Position numbers and translations under genes: made by a program. From Gemmatales bacterium (GTDB taxonomy: Bacteria > Planctomycetota > Planctomycetia > Gemmatales > HRBIN36), in NCBI GenBank assembly GCA_041640595.1, contig JBEPZY010000004.1, forward strand, positions 1-64,000: a stretch of 64,000 nt of DNA, read 5' to 3'. Under the pieces are notes generated by a model, which was given only the letters and a program-made list of their open reading frames with translations, searched no databases and was not told the origin of the DNA. Each line of letters opens with the position of its first letter. Within the stretch, counting starts at the first letter, position 1. This document shows, one piece after another, positions 19,143-29,027 of the stretch.

Positions 19143-19790
19143 TCAGGAAGAAGGCGAGGCGTTGCTTTTCCTGCGATCGTAGATGGCGCGGAGGACGTCT
19201 TCGACAGCCTGAAACGGCCCCTGCGAGCGAACGCTGTCCACGAGCCGCCGGGCTTCGCTCACGGGATGACCCAGCGTTCGCAACGCTTCCACCGCCAGAT
19301 CGAGGATAGTCTGGTCGGTGGCAGGTTCGGGGAGCGGTTTGGGTTCGGCCCCAGCTCGAAGCAAGGTGAATTTGACGGCCTTTTTCTTCAAAGCCATGAC
19401 TACCTGTTCTGCGGAAGTTTTGCCCAGACCGGGCAGGCGGGTCAACCACTTCACATCTTCCCGAACAATCGCCTCGGCAATGTCGCGGATGGGTTCGGTA
19501 ATCGCTTTGAGTGCCCGCCGCACGCTCACCTTGTCCACACTGCACAGCAACTCGAAGAACTCCATTTCTGCCTCGTGAAGAAATCCGACCAACCGTGGCA
19601 CCAGGCGACCCTGCATGGGGTTGCCTTCGAGAAAATGGCTGACATGCAGGGTAACTTCCTGGCCCAGGCGTGACGTCAAGTTCTGACGCACCAGAGCCGG
19701 AACGAGAATGTCGTACTCCAACGGCCCGATTTCGAGCCGGACACTTTCGTCAAGAATCCGCACCAAACGCCCGGTGATCCGCGTAATCAT
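19143..19790 (-). CDS. ruvA: Holliday junction branch migration protein RuvA
   Basis: MITRITGRL, GFLHEAEMEFFELL, HhH motif LPGLGKTSAE, AVEALRTLG. Confidence 0.93.
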   Translation of the reverse strand: MITRITGRLVRILDESVRLEIGPLEYDILVPALVRQNLTSRLGQEVTLHVSHFLEGNPMQGRLVPRLVGFLHEAEMEFFELLCSVDKVSVRRALKAITEPIRDIAEAIVREDVKWLTRLPGLGKTSAEQVVMALKKKAVKFTLLRAGAEPKPLPEPATDQTILDLAVEALRTLGHPVSEARRLVDSVRSQGPFQAVEDVLRAIYDRRKSNASPSS

Positions 19791-20397
19791 GCTCTACGTT
19801 TCCCTGGGATTGCACATCGGAAGACGATTTTACGGTACGGTTCGCGGCGGGTGCACCGGACACTGGTTCACCCGCGCCTCCGATAGTACCGCTGCTGTTT
19901 CGGCTTCACGACCATCATTGTACCGGAAATGGTTCACGCCTGGCTGGGCCGGGATGACTCCCCGCGGCATGGCACCGGATGGGGAACAGCTTCGCCGGAT
20001 GGAATTGGCGGGCAGGTCTGGCAACTTTTTTGGAAAAATTTTCGGTTGACCCGTTGGCGTAACCCTCGAATTTTCCGAATCCTAGGTAAAAGCGGTAGAT
20101 TTATGGGACAAAAATTTGTCGGTCCCTCTTGATTCCCCTTGCCCGATTGGCTAATGTAGTTGCCTGTGGTCGTGGGAAACCTTCCCATAGTCGCTTCGTC
20201 AGCTGACGGAAACTGGGATTTTCTTCCCACGAACCAGCTGCGATGGACGATTCGCTGCCCTCTGGTAAGACCGAAGCTCCACTAGTAACAAATCGCGTCG
20301 CCCGGGAACGGAAGCCAACGCATACCGCGGCTGGAACAGGATGAGGCCTGACGAATCGCGCTGACGAAATTGCCCATCTGCTGGAGCCAGGCCCGCT

Positions 20398-20886
20398 ATG
20401 TCAGGCACATCGCGGCTAATCCTGGGCGAGTACAGCCGGATTCTGGATGATCGCTATCGGCTGAGTCTTCCGCCGGAGCTCGTGGATGCCCTATTTCCAG
20501 CGGAGGAAGAGATCGGCATGCTGGCCAAGGAACGGGCAGGTTGCCTGAGCCTGTGGCGGCGGGATACCTGGCAGGAACGAATTGCTGCTGGGATCGAACT
20601 GATTCGCCACAAGCTGGCCGCTCATCGCCTTGAAGGTCAGCTCAGCCGACTGCAGGTCTTCGGGCGACTGTTGTCCACGCGCTATCGGGAGGTGCGAATC
20701 GGTGAGCGTGGACGCTTTGTCCTGCCCGAAGGGTTCCGCGAATTCTTGCAGGTCGAACCAGGCAGCGAAGTTCTGGTAATTGGGGCCGCGGTCTGCATCG
20801 AACTGTGGCACCCGGAAGCGTGGCGGAGATATGTCCGCAAACGCATGCCTGGATTCCAGAAGCTCTTTGAACAACTGAGTGCGTAA
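20398..20886 (+). CDS. mraZ: MraZ-family transcriptional regulator
   Basis: GEYSRILDDRYRLSLP, GRFVLPEGFRE, VIGAAVCIELW. Confidence 0.85.
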   Translation: MSGTSRLILGEYSRILDDRYRLSLPPELVDALFPAEEEIGMLAKERAGCLSLWRRDTWQERIAAGIELIRHKLAAHRLEGQLSRLQVFGRLLSTRYREVRIGERGRFVLPEGFREFLQVEPGSEVLVIGAAVCIELWHPEAWRRYVRKRMPGFQKLFEQLSA

Positions 20887-20904
20887 ACTCTTACCGGGAG
20901 TGGC

Positions 20905-20945
20905 AAAACATCGGCGCTTTCAGCACCCAGCGCCCGAAAGCGCCG
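20905..20945 (-). terminator. Putative intrinsic terminator
   Basis: Perfect 10-bp stem CGGCGCTTTC/GAAAGCGCCG (20912-20945) followed on the minus strand by ATGTTTT. Confidence 0.5.
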
Positions 20946-21096
20946 CCCCAGGTAGGCCAGACGGCGATGCGTCGGTTGACCGGGTGCTATACCTGGAGGG
21001 TGAGGTCATCCGCGCCTTTCGCCGAAGCAAGGATGCGTCTGGAGGCACGAAGCACCTTACCTGGGGCGCTATTTTTTCACCAAAGGCACTCCGGCT
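20905..21096 (-). ncRNA. Candidate structured non-coding RNA of about 190 nt, family unknown
   Basis: Near-consensus promoter upstream, nested stems, cUUCGg loop, and a terminal GC hairpin followed by AUGUUUU. Confidence 0.5.
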
Positions 21097-21101
21097 GCTC
21101 C

Positions 21102-21130
21102 ATTATACCACTCAATCGCTGGATTGTAAA
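21102..21130 (-). promoter_or_regulatory. Putative strong sigma70 promoter
   Basis: TTTACA-N17-TATAAT with extended -10 TG. Confidence 0.7.
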
Positions 21131-21364
21131 CCGACCTGGAATTTTCTCTTACGAAGGATCGCTGTCGAGGCAGGGAAGCCTCTTTATTATACGCTGGCTT
21201 CCGGCCCAAAGTTTTCGCAAGTCCAGAGGGATTTGATTCTTCGGATCGGCGTACATTGCATTGGAGGACCCACCTGCGCCGTCTGGTGATTTCGGGGGCA
21301 CGATTCGAGCATTGGATTGGCGTCCTTTGTATCGGCGTTTTGAGCGCGGGCAGTCGTTTCAGCG

Positions 21365-21682
21365 GCTGCAAGTTTCCCATAAATTACCCTTCAGCCATTG
21401 CGGTTCCTTCGGTCTTGCCGGGTCTCGTCGTTTCGATGGGGTACAATTTTCCGGTAAATCACCCCCCGGCCTGTAGCATTCCGGCTGTCAAAAGCGTTAC
21501 GGCTCCTTGAAAGGGGTACGGTTTCGCCGTAGATTACGCGCATGCAGGTGGTGGGGATATCCGCTGGATGCGGCGTATTAGAAGCGATTTCCACGCAGAT
21601 CAGGCCTTGCTTGGCCGAGCGTCTGGAAGCCTTTTCAATTTCCCGCGTCTTCGGAACAATTTCGGGGTAGATTACCCGCATG
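21365..21682. repeat. Five degenerate ~25-bp direct repeats with 66-75 bp period
   Basis: Core TARATYAC at 21380, 21455, 21530, 21596 (degenerate) and 21668, each preceded by TTTC. Confidence 0.55.
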
Positions 21683-22513
21683 CCCTACGCGATCTGTAAC
21701 GAAACCTTCAGCGGCTGGGATCACGGTTGCGTGTGCCAGTACGTGGCCCGGGTGGGGTACCACGGTTTGGAGGTCGCTCCATTTACACTGGCCGATACCG
21801 TTACTGCTCTGAGTACGGAACAGCGAGAGCGTCTGCGTCGCCAGGCCAAGGATGCGGGCATTCGCATTATCGGCTTGCACTGGCTTCTGGCCCGCACCCA
21901 GGGGCTGCATCTGACCTCACCGGATGCGGAGGTGCGTCGCCGCACCCAGCAATATCTCATCGAGCTGGCGCGGCTTTGCCATGACCTGGGCGGGCAAATC
22001 CTGGTTTTCGGCTCGCCGGCACAGCGTTCCCTGCCCCAGGGAGTTAGCCGCGAGCAAGGTTTCGCTTTTGCCGAAGAAGTGTTCCGCGGCCTGTTGCCCT
22101 ACCTGGAAGACTGGCAGGTGGATTTGTGTATCGAACCGTTGACGGCCCAGGAGACGAATTTTCTCACTTCCTGCCGCGAAGGTCTGGAGCTGGTGCAACG
22201 CTTGAACCATCCGCGAGTCGGGCTGCACCTGGATGTCAAAGCGATGTGCGCGGATGCAGAAGCCAGTGTGCCGGAACTCATTCGCCGTTACGGTAAATGG
22301 CTGCGTCATTTCCACGCCAACGATCCAAACCTCCGCGGGCCGGGATTTGGCAAGGTGGACTTCGTGCCGATTTTTGAGGCTCTACGCGACATTGGTTACA
22401 CAGGGTGGGTTTCGGTCGAGGTGTTCGATTATTCTCCCGATCCGGAGACCATTGCCACGCGCAGCCTGGAGTACATGCAAGCGTGTGCGGCCAAAGCGGG
22501 CTGGCAAGCGTAA
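21680..22513 (+). CDS. Sugar phosphate isomerase/epimerase (D-psicose/tagatose 3-epimerase-like)
   Basis: CIEPL, LHLDVK, HFHAND, GPGFG, VSVEVF. Confidence 0.9.
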   Translation: MPYAICNETFSGWDHGCVCQYVARVGYHGLEVAPFTLADTVTALSTEQRERLRRQAKDAGIRIIGLHWLLARTQGLHLTSPDAEVRRRTQQYLIELARLCHDLGGQILVFGSPAQRSLPQGVSREQGFAFAEEVFRGLLPYLEDWQVDLCIEPLTAQETNFLTSCREGLELVQRLNHPRVGLHLDVKAMCADAEASVPELIRRYGKWLRHFHANDPNLRGPGFGKVDFVPIFEALRDIGYTGWVSVEVFDYSPDPETIATRSLEYMQACAAKAGWQA

Positions 22514-22531
22514 AGGTTGGGGGAATCGTCC

Positions 22532-23707
22532 ATGGCGACGGAGGCTCTCAGCGCCAGGGTCTTGCCGCTGGCGAAGTTGTGGCAGGAGCTGTCAGCACAC
22601 TGGCGGGTGGAGTTCGGCTGGGAGTTGCCCGAACATTTCGGTGACTGGCAGCGGGAATATGATGCGGCCGTTCACGCGGCGGCGGTGTTCGATCTCTCGT
22701 ACCGCACGACGATCCATTTGCTCGGTCGGGATCGTGTCAGTTTCCTGCACAATTTCTGCACCAACGACATCCTCCGCACGCCGGTCGGCCAGGGCTGTGA
22801 AGCATTCCTGACCACCGCTCAGGCAAAAGTCCTGGCCTGGTTTCACGCCTTTGTCGGAAAGGATGCGGTTGTTCTCGACGCCGATGCTGATCGCGGCCCG
22901 GCAATGGTGCAACACCTGTCGCGCTACCAGATTAGTGAGGACGTAACGTTTGAGGATCGCACTGGTCAATGGGCGATTTTGCATGTATGCGGGGCGAAAG
23001 CTCGGGAAAGCGTTGTTGCCGTCATTGGCCTGCCCGATCTGCCTCAGGCTGAACACGAACACTTGCTGACCCACGTGCAGGGTCAGGAAATGCATGTCCG
23101 CCGACTGTCGCGGTTTGGTCTGCCGGGCTGGGATTTGGTAAGCCCGCCGGCGATCGCGGCCGAAATCATGACTGCGCTTTTGAAAAATGGCCTGACCCCC
23201 GCAGGGATGCAAGCCGCGGAAGTCTTGCGGGTGGAAAACGGCTGGCCCATCTTTGGGCGGGATTATGATGAGACCAACCTGCCGCAGGAATTAGCACGCG
23301 ACGACCGCGCCATCAGTTTCACCAAAGGCTGTTACCTGGGGCAGGAAACGGTGGCTCGCATTCGCGCTTACGGACACGTTAACCGCTTGCTTTGCGGCTT
23401 GCGTTTCGCGGAAAACCGTTTGCCGGGCCCCGGTACTCCCTTGTACCCGGCGACACCAGCGGGCAGTGCCGCAACCGGTGGAGGGTCGCCGACCGCTGTT
23501 CGCACGGTGACGACTGGCGAGATTGGCCGTGTTACCTCTCCGGTAATTTCCCCAAGGTACGGCGCCATTGCGTTGGGGTGGTTACGGCGTGGCTACTGGC
23601 AACCGGGCACCTGCGTCCTGGCCAATACCCCCACCGGCCCAGTTTCCGCTACGGTGAGCTCGCTACCGTTCATTGCCCCAACAGCGCCAGAACCGTTGTC
23701 GCGTTGA
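22532..23707 (+). CDS. YgfZ/GcvT-family folate-binding protein
   Basis: KGCYLGQETVAR signature. Confidence 0.92.
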   Translation: MATEALSARVLPLAKLWQELSAHWRVEFGWELPEHFGDWQREYDAAVHAAAVFDLSYRTTIHLLGRDRVSFLHNFCTNDILRTPVGQGCEAFLTTAQAKVLAWFHAFVGKDAVVLDADADRGPAMVQHLSRYQISEDVTFEDRTGQWAILHVCGAKARESVVAVIGLPDLPQAEHEHLLTHVQGQEMHVRRLSRFGLPGWDLVSPPAIAAEIMTALLKNGLTPAGMQAAEVLRVENGWPIFGRDYDETNLPQELARDDRAISFTKGCYLGQETVARIRAYGHVNRLLCGLRFAENRLPGPGTPLYPATPAGSAATGGGSPTAVRTVTTGEIGRVTSPVISPRYGAIALGWLRRGYWQPGTCVLANTPTGPVSATVSSLPFIAPTAPEPLSR

Positions 23708-24719
23708 AAGCGGCATGAAGCAGGAAGGGAGCCAATAGCGTTTGCGTCCGTGCCGCTGCTAATCCCAGAAACAGAGCCAGGAAAAAGAGCGGAATCGGTG
23801 CCGGCCAGGCATTCCAGTGCACTGCCGCGAATAACAGACTGCTGGCGTAAACGGCCCGGGATAAGCCCGGCCGGAGCAGCAACCGTTTCGTCAGCCACTC
23901 GAAGAGCAGGTATCCCGGACCGACGGTAACCAGAAACAGCACCGGCCCCCAGGTGGTGTGCAAATAACCCTGCACGATTGCCCAGACCAGCGCCACGAGA
24001 ACGGTCAAATCGGCCCAGAACGGTTCGCCAGCCATGGTTCGCAGAACGAATCCGCGAAATAATACCTCTTCCGCCATGGGCGCCAGCACCACTGCCGCCA
24101 CCGTCAGGGCAACGCCGTTGAGCAAGCTCGGCATCGCCTGGAACTGTTTGACCAGTTCATGCTCACGAACAGGGGTGATCAGAGCCGCTCCCAAAAACAC
24201 CGCCCAGGTGATGCAAAGTGCCGGTATCCAGAGCAAAGCCCCGAGCACCACGTCTTCTCGCCAGCGCCATCCCAGCAATCCCAACTGATACGCAGGGATT
24301 CGCAAGACAAAGATCGGCACCAGCACGTAAAATCCGCATTCCACTGCCTTGGCCAGCACAAATCCAAACAACTGCCCGCCTGCGTCGCGGTGTGTCCAGT
24401 GCATCACCAGACTGCTGCCCGCCAATCCCAGCAAAGCCAGCCAGGCGACCTGAAAAGCCGACCAGCTTACGGCAAAGAAACGTTGTTTTGGCCAGATTCG
24501 TCGCCAGGTAAGTCGCCCTTTCCAGAACAGCACCAGCGCGACGCCGAGCCAGGCCACCGTGATCGCCGTGGCAGACCAGCCCAGGGCAAAGAGCTCGCTC
24601 TGGATTTCCGTCCAGGTGAGCGGTTTGGCGACGGTGTCGCTGGGTGATTCCGCCGGCATGATTAATCCCATGCAGGTGTGCGCAAGCATCTGCCACGATT
24701 CCGACCAGCCCCTTATCAC
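23670..24719 (-). CDS. CPBP/Abi (CAAX protease-like) intramembrane metalloprotease
   Basis: APMAEEVLFRG, FAAVH, HAAFN; start uncertain. Confidence 0.88.
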   Translation of the reverse strand: MIRGWSESWQMLAHTCMGLIMPAESPSDTVAKPLTWTEIQSELFALGWSATAITVAWLGVALVLFWKGRLTWRRIWPKQRFFAVSWSAFQVAWLALLGLAGSSLVMHWTHRDAGGQLFGFVLAKAVECGFYVLVPIFVLRIPAYQLGLLGWRWREDVVLGALLWIPALCITWAVFLGAALITPVREHELVKQFQAMPSLLNGVALTVAAVVLAPMAEEVLFRGFVLRTMAGEPFWADLTVLVALVWAIVQGYLHTTWGPVLFLVTVGPGYLLFEWLTKRLLLRPGLSRAVYASSLLFAAVHWNAWPAPIPLFFLALFLGLAAARTQTLLAPFLLHAAFNATTVLALLGQ

Positions 24720-24860
24720 TCAGCACAGCTGGTCAAGGGGCGGACCGTTTTTCGATCAACCGCGGTCGGTTAGCCATAAAGCACTGGCATTGTATTGGCC
24801 GATGCAAACCAGCGAAACGCCGGCTAAAATATCTTCGAGGAGGCCCGTGGGAGCCGCAGT

Positions 24861-25391
24861 ATGTCGGCAGTCCTTTTCAAGCGATACCGCATGGAACGAA
24901 AGCTCCGCTGGTTGCCAGCGGTTCCGGAGCTGCCCGAAGGTTATTTCTGGGTACCCTGGGATCCCGCTCTGTTGGCCGACCACGCCGAAGTCCACTATCG
25001 CGCATTCTGTCAGGAATTGGACGCACAGTTATTTCCATCCTTCGCCGACTATTTCGGTTGCCGATTGCTGCTGGAGAACATTTCCAGCAGTGCTTACTTT
25101 CTGCCCCAGGCTACCTGGTTGATCGCCTGTGCGACCGAATGTTGCGGTACGGTTCAGTGCAGCAGTTTCGTGCCGCGCGTGGGCACGATTCAGAATGTCG
25201 GCGTGGTACCGGAACATCGCGGCAAAGGGCTCGGCCGGGCTTTGCTTCTGCAGGCACTCCACAGCTTTCGTCAGCTTGGGCTTCACCGTGCCGCTCTGGA
25301 AGTTACTGCCGAGAACGAACCGGCGGTGCGGCTGTATCAGTCCCTGGGTTTTCGCACGGTGCAGACGTTATATCGCTCGCCTTCTCCCTGA
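24861..25391 (+). CDS. GNAT acetyltransferase
   Basis: VGVVPEHRGKGLG, NEPAVRLYQSLGF. Confidence 0.9.
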   Translation: MSAVLFKRYRMERKLRWLPAVPELPEGYFWVPWDPALLADHAEVHYRAFCQELDAQLFPSFADYFGCRLLLENISSSAYFLPQATWLIACATECCGTVQCSSFVPRVGTIQNVGVVPEHRGKGLGRALLLQALHSFRQLGLHRAALEVTAENEPAVRLYQSLGFRTVQTLYRSPSP

Positions 25392-25823
25392 GCCACCGCT
25401 GGCGTAGTTGCGAAGCACCCGCATAGTTCGAAAAACCAGGGAATGCCGCTGCGTTAATCCGCCACCGCTCTAATGGACTGGCGGTCTTGCAAACGCCAGC
25501 CCGAATAGGTTTGTGTCATGATCGCTGGTGGCAATCACGGGGTATTTAGGATTGTCCAGCGTATCATGCGAAAAGGTTTGTGTCATCGTCGCGGAGGTAA
25601 TGCCGGTGATGGGTGAGGGCAGGTCCGTCCGTTCGGAACCTGCCTGCCCGAATTCGCGCATTAGCAAAAATGGTCGGCAAAATTGTGCCCGCCCGTAAAA
25701 CGTGATGTATCTTTTCGGGGAGATGACAGACATCGGCTACAAGGCCTCATTGCTCCTGCATACCCACACTCTGGGAGCAAAGTGCCTGGTTAAACGTCCT
25801 TTCGTGGGGCGGGAACGAAATCT

Positions 25824-27842
25824 ATGCGACCCGGATTGTGCCATCTCGAAAAGCAGCCACAAGCGGGCCGAACCAACGATACACCGCGTCCCTATCTGGC
25901 TCGGTTCGACGAAATGAAGGCGACCGGGCAATTGCCGACACCCACCGGCGTGGCTATGGAGATCGTTCGCCTCGCGCAGGATGAAAGTGCATCGTGCAGT
26001 TCGCTGGCGCGAGTGCTCATGGCTGATCCGGTCCTGTCGGGCAAAGTCATCAAATACGCGAATTCGGCCCTGATGCAGGTGGGTCGGGCCGTCAGTTCCG
26101 TTCAGGAAGCCGTCTTGCGGCTGGGAATCGGCACACTGCGGCGAATTGCTCTGAGTTTCTCCCTCATATCCGCCTACCGCCAGGGACGGTGTGCCCAATT
26201 TGACTATCAGACTTTCTGGTCGTTGTCGCTGGCACGTGGCGTAGCTGCTCAGGAACTGGCCCGGCAAAGCCGATTGCTTCCGCCAGACGAAGCCTTTACC
26301 ACCGCTCTGCTTGCTCACATCGGTCAACTGGCCCTGGCCTGCGTTTATCCGGATAAGTACGCGGAGCTGTTGCAACGTTGTCAGGGACAACCTGTGGAAC
26401 AACTACTGTCCTGCGAGCGGGAGGTGTTTGCTGCCAATCACTGCGAGCTGTCGGCAGCGATGTTTCTGGATTGGGGTTTGCCGGCTGAGCAGGCAGCCGC
26501 TGTGGAATGTTATCTGACCGGCGAACCGGAAGACGCCTACGATGCCACCAAACGCCTGGTGCGAATCCTGCGGGCAGCCCAGGCGATGGCGGAGTTGTGT
26601 CTCAGCAGTGCCGAACGGCGTGCCCGGGCGGCGCAGAAGCTGCTGGTTCGTGCCGAACCGCTGCAAATTCCCCCGCTGCAACTCGCCGAGCTTTACGAAA
26701 AAGCTGCCCAGGAATGGCAAACCTGGGGGCGCATTCTCGATGTGCGTACTCAGAGTTCTGTCCCAATTCACGACTTGCTGCAAAATGCCGCGAGCTCGGC
26801 TGGTTCGGAAACAGCGGCACAGGATACGCCGCAGGACATGACAGATGCGAAAACCGCAGCGGCTCTGCGGGTGCTGGTTGTGGAGAGCACGGCAGCCACT
26901 CGCGATTTCTTCTGCCAAACGCTTCGCCAGGCCGGGCACGAAGTCTTTACCGCCGACGACGCCGAATCCGGGCTGGCGCTGGTTTTGCAAGTGCTGCCTC
27001 AGCTGATCTTCGTCCCGCTTGCGTCGAAAAACAGCGAGAGCAACGGAAAAGCCTCCCCGGTCGGGAGTGGTATCCAGCTGTGCCGGCAATTACGGGAAAC
27101 ACGCATCGGCCGACATCTTTACCTTGTGCTTTACCGCGAATCGGCCAGCGAAGACGAGATGGTTCAGGCGTTTGAAGCTGGTGCGGATGATGTGATCAGC
27201 TTGCCGATTACGCCACGGTTGTTGCTGGCACGATTGCGAGCGTGTCAACGGGTCGTCGAATTGCAGCGTGAAATCGAACACGAGCAAGAGGAACTCCGCC
27301 GCGTCACCGCCGAGCTCGCCATTGCCAATCGCAAACTTCAGGAAGCCGCCCTGACCGATCCCCTCACGGGTTTGCCCAACCGTCGTTATGCTTTCGACCG
27401 CTTGCAACAGGAATGGCAGGAAGCCATCCGCCATGACATACCTCTGGCCTGCCTGGTGCTGGACGTGGATCATTTCAAGCGGATCAACGATAACCACGGG
27501 CATGATGTCGGCGACCTGGTGCTGAAACAAGCGGCGGAATTGCTGCGCCAGGCAGTACGGCGTAGCGACGTGGCTTGCCGGATTGGCGGCGAGGAGTTCC
27601 TCATCATCTGCCCGCGCACAACGTTACAAGGCGGCCAGGTGCTGGCCGAGCGAATTCGCCAGCTTGCTGAGCAAAAAGTCTGGGGTTCCGAGCAGCTGCC
27701 ATTACGCATCACCGTCAGCGTGGGCGTAGCTGCGCGCACGGCTAAAGGTCGTTCTCCTGAAGAACTTTTCCGCCAGGCTGACCAAGCTCTCTACGCGGCG
27801 AAACAGGCTGGCCGCAATCGCGTCCGCATTGCTCCAAACTAA
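25824..27842 (+). CDS. HDOD-REC-GGDEF diguanylate cyclase
   Basis: HDOD (DPVLSGKVIKYANS), receiver-like segment, TDPLTGLPNRR, DVDHFKRINDNHGH, GGEEF. Confidence 0.92.
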   Translation: MRPGLCHLEKQPQAGRTNDTPRPYLARFDEMKATGQLPTPTGVAMEIVRLAQDESASCSSLARVLMADPVLSGKVIKYANSALMQVGRAVSSVQEAVLRLGIGTLRRIALSFSLISAYRQGRCAQFDYQTFWSLSLARGVAAQELARQSRLLPPDEAFTTALLAHIGQLALACVYPDKYAELLQRCQGQPVEQLLSCEREVFAANHCELSAAMFLDWGLPAEQAAAVECYLTGEPEDAYDATKRLVRILRAAQAMAELCLSSAERRARAAQKLLVRAEPLQIPPLQLAELYEKAAQEWQTWGRILDVRTQSSVPIHDLLQNAASSAGSETAAQDTPQDMTDAKTAAALRVLVVESTAATRDFFCQTLRQAGHEVFTADDAESGLALVLQVLPQLIFVPLASKNSESNGKASPVGSGIQLCRQLRETRIGRHLYLVLYRESASEDEMVQAFEAGADDVISLPITPRLLLARLRACQRVVELQREIEHEQEELRRVTAELAIANRKLQEAALTDPLTGLPNRRYAFDRLQQEWQEAIRHDIPLACLVLDVDHFKRINDNHGHDVGDLVLKQAAELLRQAVRRSDVACRIGGEEFLIICPRTTLQGGQVLAERIRQLAEQKVWGSEQLPLRITVSVGVAARTAKGRSPEELFRQADQALYAAKQAGRNRVRIAPN

Positions 27843-28106
27843 CCGTCTGCCAGCGGACGACCGGTCTGCCTTGGTTGGAAAGCATTTATTGCTGCATTTG
27901 TATGGCGGCTAATGGGACTTGTCGAGGCCATCTACGTTTCGGCTTAAAGCGTTCTCGGTGCAGGTGTATTCCTTGCCGCTACGCTCACCATGAGTGAGGC
28001 AGGGTGGCTGTTCCTTCGGGATTTACGCTGGCGTTTCCGTTCGGTAGAACGAGCTCCGGAGTCCTTGCCGCAGCACACTCCGCGAAACTGAAAGGAAGGG
28101 TAACTC

Positions 28107-28808
28107 ATGGGCCAGGACGAGGTTGTTCGCCGGCAGCGTATGCTCGAGCGCATCCGGTCGGCAGTGGAACTCGGTAACCGTTACGCTGGCAGTGCCGAAC
28201 CAGGTCCGCGCCACGGCATCGCTTACGTAGGAAGCTCTTCACCGGACCCGGCGGAAGGTTTTGGCCAGGCGTTGCGACGCTGTGGTGGGCATTTTCATCG
28301 TCTGGCCCAGCTGGCGGAGGTCCCGCGAGTGATTCTGGGTATTCTTGAAAACAGCGGTGTTCGTCGCGTCGGTATCAGCGCGGAGCCACTTCTGGAGGAG
28401 GTTCTGCAGCTCTCTCGCCGGTTGCAGGCGTTCGGAATGGAAGTTTGGCGAGCGGCGACACCGGCCGCCCCGGAACCCCTGGCCGTGAAAGACTCCCTCT
28501 TTGCTCTGGACGCGGGAATTACGGGCGTGGACGCACTCATTGCCGAAACCGGTACGCTAGTGGTGTCGGCAAGCCGCGAGCGGCCACGGTCGTTGAGTTT
28601 ATTGCCGCGGATTTACATTGCCGTAGCGGCACGGGAGCAGATCGTGCCCGATCTTTTCGACTGGTTCGCCGTCGTGCCGGCCACCTGCCCTTCCGCATTC
28701 ACGTTGATCACCGGGCCAAGCAAAACCGGTGACATCGAGTTGACACTGGTAACGGGGGTTCATGGTCCGGGGGAAGTGCATGTGGTCGTTTTCGATGCCG
28801 CGTCGTGA
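28107..28808 (+). CDS. LutC/YkgG (LUD domain) protein
   Basis: IAETGTLV, RSLSLLP, ITGPSKTGDIE, GVHGP. Confidence 0.9.
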   Translation: MGQDEVVRRQRMLERIRSAVELGNRYAGSAEPGPRHGIAYVGSSSPDPAEGFGQALRRCGGHFHRLAQLAEVPRVILGILENSGVRRVGISAEPLLEEVLQLSRRLQAFGMEVWRAATPAAPEPLAVKDSLFALDAGITGVDALIAETGTLVVSASRERPRSLSLLPRIYIAVAAREQIVPDLFDWFAVVPATCPSAFTLITGPSKTGDIELTLVTGVHGPGEVHVVVFDAAS

Positions 28809-29027
28809 TGCAGAGCGCTGCCGGCAGTCAGTCCCGAAACCAAGCCGGTAATCGTACTCCCATCGGCAAAATCGCCGGGAACAACCGGGGCAGCGGTCGA
28901 ACCAATCACTACTTCGCAAGCCGCTTTCGCAGTAATATGATAGACCCATCCTGGGAAATGCAGGTGGCGAACTGGCAATGTGTCGTGGACTCACAACCAT
29001 GAGCAGGTAGGGCAGAAGGGAGCTTCT

